From assembly GCA_041665345.1 (NCBI GenBank), contig JBAYJA010000004.1, positions 48,122 to 112,121 of the forward strand: a stretch of DNA of 64,000 nt, read 5' to 3'. The notes beneath the pieces are model-generated. The model had not been told where the DNA came from. It searched no databases and saw only the letters and a program-made list of their open reading frames with translations. The stretch comes from Patescibacteria group bacterium (lineage in GTDB: Bacteria > Patescibacteriota > Patescibacteriia > PEXW01). The position numbers and the translations under genes are program-made. Shown piece after piece: positions 59,381 to 64,000 of the stretch (positions are counted from its first letter, which is position 1; each line of letters begins with the position of its first letter).

Positions 59381-60250
59381 TTACACTGGCCGGTTTGTCA
59401 CTAAGACAACCATCAGTACCCAAACAAGCGCGGTTACGGCGTGGTGTGTGCCGCGAATAAAGAATGTACGCAGGCCGGAAATCAACCACGTGAAGAGTAA
59501 ACACAAACCAAGGAGGAGGCATAGATACCCAGTGTTCAGTAAAGGACTACCCTCATGCGGGAATACAAGCGTAAAAAAAGTAATGGTAAATAGTGCTACG
59601 ATTCCCGCTACCCGCATACCGCCGCCAATGCCAATGTACACCGGTGGATCTTCAATGCTTACCTTCAGCGGCATATCTGCCAGATCAGGATTGCGACTTG
59701 CTTCATCTAATCGCTTCAACACTTCTCGCAAAAGATACGTTGAAAATGTAAACAACATTAGCTGTCCAATGACGCTACCCTGAGCAAAACTTGCGTCCAA
59801 TGATCCCATAACGACGCAATTCATGCAGATATAGGCGACAATTGTGCTTTGGTAAAACCAGTATCGAGTCTTACCGCAGACCAATGTGTATGCCATTACC
59901 GCCATACCTTGCATGAGCATGATCAGTAATCCTACCCATGGTAAGAAGCGGGCGCATAGGATCAAGGCGAGCAAGAAGGAAGCTGCCGCCGCCAGGAAGA
60001 GCACATGTCGGTACTCTGGGAGTGGGCGGTCAATGAATTTTGGGAGGTACTTCATTCCTCGCCACGGTGAGCCAGCGTAGAACAAACTTGCTGCCAGACA
60101 GCATAAACTCATGACCACGGCTGGCATGAACGCTGCAACTGACCACGGGTCGATCATTGTCGTGAGAAGTGTGGTTGCCCACGTGCCAGCAAAGGCAGTG
60201 AGGCAGGCGACTGGCCGGGTAGCCAGGCAAAAAATTTTTAAAGGACTCAT
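59381..60250 (-). CDS. Degenerate UbiA-superfamily (DGGGP-synthase-like) membrane protein
   Basis: N-terminal RP, RPLP, Y..., REVLK at the expected positions, ~8 TM helices. Asp-rich motifs are missing. Confidence 0.6.
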   Translation of the reverse strand: MSPLKIFCLATRPVACLTAFAGTWATTLLTTMIDPWSVAAFMPAVVMSLCCLAASLFYAGSPWRGMKYLPKFIDRPLPEYRHVLFLAAAASFLLALILCARFLPWVGLLIMLMQGMAVMAYTLVCGKTRYWFYQSTIVAYICMNCVVMGSLDASFAQGSVIGQLMLFTFSTYLLREVLKRLDEASRNPDLADMPLKVSIEDPPVYIGIGGGMRVAGIVALFTITFFTLVFPHEGSPLLNTGYLCLLLGLCLLFTWLISGLRTFFIRGTHHAVTALVWVLMVVLVTNRPV

Positions 60251-60337
60251 CTTTTCCTCCAGGTTTTAAGTATTTTGAGTTTTTTTCACCTTAGCTCCGG
60301 ACCGATGGAATGTCAAAAGGCTAGGACTTCTTTTGAA

Positions 60338-60389
60338 GGAGTAGGGACTTTAGCCTCTCGTAAGTATAAGAGACTAAAGTCTCTACTCC
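60338..60389. repeat. GTAG-type REP doublet (REPIN-like)
   Basis: GGAGTAGGGACTTTAGCCTCT..AGAGACTAAAGTCTCTACTCC. Confidence 0.75.
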
Positions 60390-60424
60390 GCCAGTAGCGA
60401 TCTATGTTCGGTTTTATGTAACCA

Positions 60425-60456
60425 AAAGGCGAGGTCAAGGGACCTCACCTACCCAC
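60425..60456. repeat. GTAG hairpin REP, copy 1 of a direct repeat
   Basis: AAAGGCGAGGTCAAGGGACCTCACCTACCCAC, 31/32 identical to 61187-61218. Confidence 0.8.
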
Positions 60457-60561
60457 ATAAGCAATAACGAAAAGAAATGATTGACAACCGTACCGGCTGT
60501 TGGTAGGGTCAAAAAAAGACAGGATTAAAAAGATATTTACAAACCCCAAGGAGGTACGCAT

Positions 60562-61125
60562 ATGAGTAAACGTGATTGGATCATCGGTGGCCTGTTTTTC
60601 CTGGCAACACTTGTTATGTTCGCCATTTGGAAAGACAAAATGCTGGAGGTGGATGATGAGCAAACGCGAGCTGCCCAGGTTGATTACTCCATTCCGATTC
60701 TGGAGCTGCTGGCACAGCACGGGTATGATTACTCAACATCAGAAAAGCGAATTGTCGCTATCGATGATCGAAGTGATACAGCGTTCACTTTTGTTCCGGT
60801 GACGTTCTACTGTTTTTCAGACACCGGCCTAACGCCCGATACAATCTTGCAATTCTTTACGGCAGAGGGAATGGAACCTGCGACCCTTCGGGAGGCGTGC
60901 ATAGCGCTTGGTACAAATTCCCTGGTGTCTGGGGATTTCTGTGTCATCGCTTTAGGAACGAAGATGAAGGATGACCGATTCGTCAATGATGACTATAGTA
61001 CTTTTCGATTTGCTCGGTTGACGTATTGCTTGGGTGTCAAAGGTGCACAAATGGCACTGGACAATCCGATGTTGCCCGACGCAATAAACTACTACGCTGC
61101 AAAACCGAGAGCGAAGCAAACGTAA
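60562..61125 (+). CDS. Hypothetical protein with N-terminal membrane anchor
   Basis: AAGGAGGT RBS, TTGACA promoter at 60481, terminator at ~61150-61179. Confidence 0.75.
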   Translation: MSKRDWIIGGLFFLATLVMFAIWKDKMLEVDDEQTRAAQVDYSIPILELLAQHGYDYSTSEKRIVAIDDRSDTAFTFVPVTFYCFSDTGLTPDTILQFFTAEGMEPATLREACIALGTNSLVSGDFCVIALGTKMKDDRFVNDDYSTFRFARLTYCLGVKGAQMALDNPMLPDAINYYAAKPRAKQT

Positions 61126-61186
61126 TCCACTGAAGCACATTGATGTAATAAGCCGCAGGTTTGCACCTACGGCTTTTTTGTTACGC

Positions 61187-61218
61187 AAAGGCGAGGTCAA
61201 GGGACCTCGCCTACCCAC
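61187..61218. repeat. GTAG hairpin REP, copy 2 of a direct repeat
   Basis: AAAGGCGAGGTCAAGGGACCTCGCCTACCCAC. Confidence 0.8.
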
Positions 61219-61233
61219 CTTGGGATTTACTAA

Positions 61234-63591
61234 CTAGAAATTTCCTGGACCACCACCACTGTCGTCGCGATGTGGGACGGGCCGTGGACCACGGTCGTGG
61301 AACCGGCCACCACCTCCGCCGCGAGAACCACCCCGGTCATGGAAGCCGCCGTTGCGGCCCATAGGCCGAGGCGCGTGACGACCAAAGCCACCACCGGCGT
61401 CGCTGTGGTCAAAAGCGGATTCAGGGACAACCAGGTCACTCTCTGGACCCAGAGCTTTTACGGACAGGCCAATGCGTCCGCGCTCCTTGTCCACTTCCAT
61501 CACTTTCACCTTCAGCTTCTGGCCAACCTGCACCACGTCGGACACAGCGCGGATGCGGCCATTGGCGAATTCGGAAATGTGCACCATGCCGTCCTTCCCA
61601 GGAGTGAGTTCCACAATTGCGCCAATCTCGCTCCCGGAATTCCGGTCTTTCATAATCTGGGTTACCGTCCCTTCAAACACTTCGCCTGGGGTAATTTCCC
61701 GGGTAATGTTCTCAATCCAGGTTTTGGCTTTGTCGGCCATTTCCGCATTGGTGGAGGTAATGAAGATCATGCCATCGTCTTCAATGTCAATCTTGGTCAC
61801 GTCAATGCCACCGCACTCATCAATAATCTTGTTGATCGTTTCCCCACCCTTCCCAATCACTTCGCGGATCAGGTCTGGATTGATCTTCAGAGTGGTGATG
61901 CGTGGCGCGTATGGTGAAAGTTCCGCACGTGGTGCAGCAATGGCTTCACTCATGACCTGCAGGATTTGCAGCCGGGCTTTCTTGGCGCCGGTGAGCGCTT
62001 CTTCCACCATGGGCATGGTCAGGCCGTCAATTTTAATGTCGACCTGAATGGCGGTAATGCCTTCGGCTGTGCCGGCGACTTTGAAGTCCATGCCGCCGCT
62101 GTGATCTTCAATACCTTGAATGTCGGTAATGATCTTGTAGCGGTTGGCATCCTTGGGATCCACAATCACCCCCATGGCAATACCTGCCACTGGAGCGGTG
62201 ATAGGCACACCCGCGTCCATCAACGCCAGGGATGAACCGCAGGCAGAGGCCTGTGAGGTGGAACCGTTGGAAGACAGCACTTCGGAAACCACGCGAATGG
62301 TGTACGGGAACGCTTCCTTCTCTGGGAGCACAGGCAGCAAAGCTTTTTCCGCCAAGGCGCCATGACCAATTTCCCGGCGGCCAGGGCCGCGGTTGGGTTT
62401 CACTTCACCCACAGAGTAGGAAGGGAAATTGTAGTGGTGCATGTAGCGCTTCTTGCCCGTCTCTTCCATGCCGTCCAAGGTCTGCTCATCCCCAGGGCTG
62501 CCCAAGGTGATGATGGACATGACTTGGGTTTCACCACGTTGGAACAAACCTGAACCGTGGGTGCGTGGTAACAGAGCAACGGCAGCACTGAGCGAGCGCA
62601 CTTCATCCAATGCTCGGCCATCCACGCGCTTGCCAGTTTCCAGCACCAACTCAGTGGCAGCTTCGTCAGCCAAGTCTGCCAACATGCCCACGCCAGCGGC
62701 GCGGAGCTCTTTAGACACTTCGTTGTCGGCTTTCAGCTGGACATCCAGCTCTTCCTTCAATTTTGCCATCGCGGCTTTCTGCTCAGCTTTGTCTGGACTG
62801 GCGAACAAGCTGGCTTTGCGTTCAGCGGTCAAGAAAGCTTTCACTTTCGTCTTCACTTTTTCCGTGTCGGCATTCGCTTCGGCGGTTGTCAGCTCAACCT
62901 TGGGTTTGCCAACGGCAGCAACCACGTCTTCAATGAGCGCAATGACTTTCCGAATGTGCTTCTGACCAAAATTGATGGCGTCTACCACGGTCTGCTCTGG
63001 TACCTGCTTGGCGCCGGCTTCCAGCATGACCACCTTGTCTTTGTTGGCTGCGAGTACCAGGTCAATGGCGCTCTTGTCGCGTGCTTCGTAGCTGGGGTTC
63101 AAGACCCACTCGCCGTTAATTTGGCCAACGCGGACACCGGCCAAGGGACCGTTCCACGGAATTTCGGACATGCTCAAAACCGTGGCCGCGGCAATCAACG
63201 CCGGCACGTCGGGGTCGTTCTCTTGGTCAACGGAAAGTACCAAGATGCTGACCTGCACGTCGTTCCGCGTGGACTGGTTGAACAGCGGGCGGATGGAGCG
63301 GTCAATCACCCGGCCGGTGAGGATGGCCTCATCCGTGGGGCGACCTTCCCGCTTGATGAAGCGGGAGCCTTTAATTTTGCCGGCGGCGTACAGCCGTTCT
63401 TCGTAGTCCACCATCAGGGGGAAGAAATCAATTCCTTCCCGCACGGAGTTGGAGCGAACCACGGTGGCGAGCACCACGGTGTCTCCGTAGCGTACGGTGC
63501 AAGCGGCGTTGGCGAGACCGGCGTACTTACCGGTTTCGATACTGAGGGTTTTGCCGCCAATCTCGGCGGAAAACATTTTGGGTTCTGACAT
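61234..63591 (-). CDS. pnp: Polyribonucleotide nucleotidyltransferase
   Basis: DFFPLMVDYEER.YAAGKI, HGSGLFQRGETQ, RREIGHGALA, SNGSTSQAS, MDFKVAGT, KH and S1 domains, RGG tail. Confidence 0.98.
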   Translation of the reverse strand: MSEPKMFSAEIGGKTLSIETGKYAGLANAACTVRYGDTVVLATVVRSNSVREGIDFFPLMVDYEERLYAAGKIKGSRFIKREGRPTDEAILTGRVIDRSIRPLFNQSTRNDVQVSILVLSVDQENDPDVPALIAAATVLSMSEIPWNGPLAGVRVGQINGEWVLNPSYEARDKSAIDLVLAANKDKVVMLEAGAKQVPEQTVVDAINFGQKHIRKVIALIEDVVAAVGKPKVELTTAEANADTEKVKTKVKAFLTAERKASLFASPDKAEQKAAMAKLKEELDVQLKADNEVSKELRAAGVGMLADLADEAATELVLETGKRVDGRALDEVRSLSAAVALLPRTHGSGLFQRGETQVMSIITLGSPGDEQTLDGMEETGKKRYMHHYNFPSYSVGEVKPNRGPGRREIGHGALAEKALLPVLPEKEAFPYTIRVVSEVLSSNGSTSQASACGSSLALMDAGVPITAPVAGIAMGVIVDPKDANRYKIITDIQGIEDHSGGMDFKVAGTAEGITAIQVDIKIDGLTMPMVEEALTGAKKARLQILQVMSEAIAAPRAELSPYAPRITTLKINPDLIREVIGKGGETINKIIDECGGIDVTKIDIEDDGMIFITSTNAEMADKAKTWIENITREITPGEVFEGTVTQIMKDRNSGSEIGAIVELTPGKDGMVHISEFANGRIRAVSDVVQVGQKLKVKVMEVDKERGRIGLSVKALGPESDLVVPESAFDHSDAGGGFGRHAPRPMGRNGGFHDRGGSRGGGGGRFHDRGPRPVPHRDDSGGGPGNF

Positions 63592-63708
63592 AGGCACAGG
63601 TGGCACGCCCGCTCGCCCATAGTTTGCAGTGAGTGCAGCGCCAAAAGGCAGACGCGGCGGTCACTTCAAACTTTGAACTGTGCGGTGGGTGCGGTTAAAA
63701 AAAGAGAA

Positions 63709-64000
63709 CTACCGACGGAGTAAACGGAGCCGACCTTCACGGGCCAGGCGGCTGGGTATAATGAACGAACGTTTATCTTTGGAAAGGTCGGTGAAGAGGT
63801 CAACTTCTTCTTTGAGTTTGATGGCTGTGGATTCACCGTAGGCCATGCCTTCCACCCGCACACCTTGGTGCTGCAAGGCCTGGACCAGGGGAATGAAGTC
63901 ACCATCACCCGTGACGAGAATGACGACGTCCAGCTTGGGGGCGAAGCGCAGCGCGTCCACGGTCATGCCCACATCCCAATCACCTTTCTTCGTCCCATCG
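63709..64000 (-). CDS. NYN-domain (LabA/DUF88) protein, 5' part outside the window
   Basis: ..GTKKGDWDVGMTVDA...LVTGDGDFIPLV..L...G.RVE. Confidence 0.9.
   Translation of the reverse strand, partial: DGTKKGDWDVGMTVDALRFAPKLDVVILVTGDGDFIPLVQALQHQGVRVEGMAYGESTAIKLKEEVDLFTDLSKDKRSFIIPSRLAREGRLRLLRR

Overview
Bacterial chromosome segment. It uses genetic code 11 (TGA is stop) and its gene content suggests a Patescibacteria/CPR (Parcubacteria/ABY1-like) organism; that assignment is inference, not a database result. (1) Bases 1-17.9 kb hold a co-oriented surface-structure locus: a 3.7k-aa adhesin and a 363-aa subunit that share the same C-terminal domain, a membrane-anchored DUF916/WxL-interacting or PapD-like protein, a secreted dockerin protein whose mature N-terminus matches the strand preceding that shared domain in the subunit, and three cohesin-like paralogues. 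A dockerin-bearing M11-like metalloprotease lies next to it. Together these suggest an undescribed donor-strand filament anchored by cohesin-dockerin pairs. (2) An ORF-free, extensively base-paired ~430-nt transcription unit at 52.5-53.0 kb has its own near-consensus promoter, a boxA motif and a terminator, and is a candidate novel ncRNA. (3) Two small peptides are missing from the ORF track: one behind a radical SAM gene (RiPP candidate) and one ArfA-like. (4) A nusA-hppA-plsC-plsC-acyl-CoA-ligase(-patatin) run is a candidate lipid-salvage unit. (5) The rest comprises housekeeping genes (tig, nfo, rdgB, rnhB, cmk, pnp, tRNA-Gly), a frameshifted IS481 next to an AT-rich islet, many orphan genes, and several families of nested short palindromic repeats. 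All family assignments were made by eye from motifs; no searches were run.
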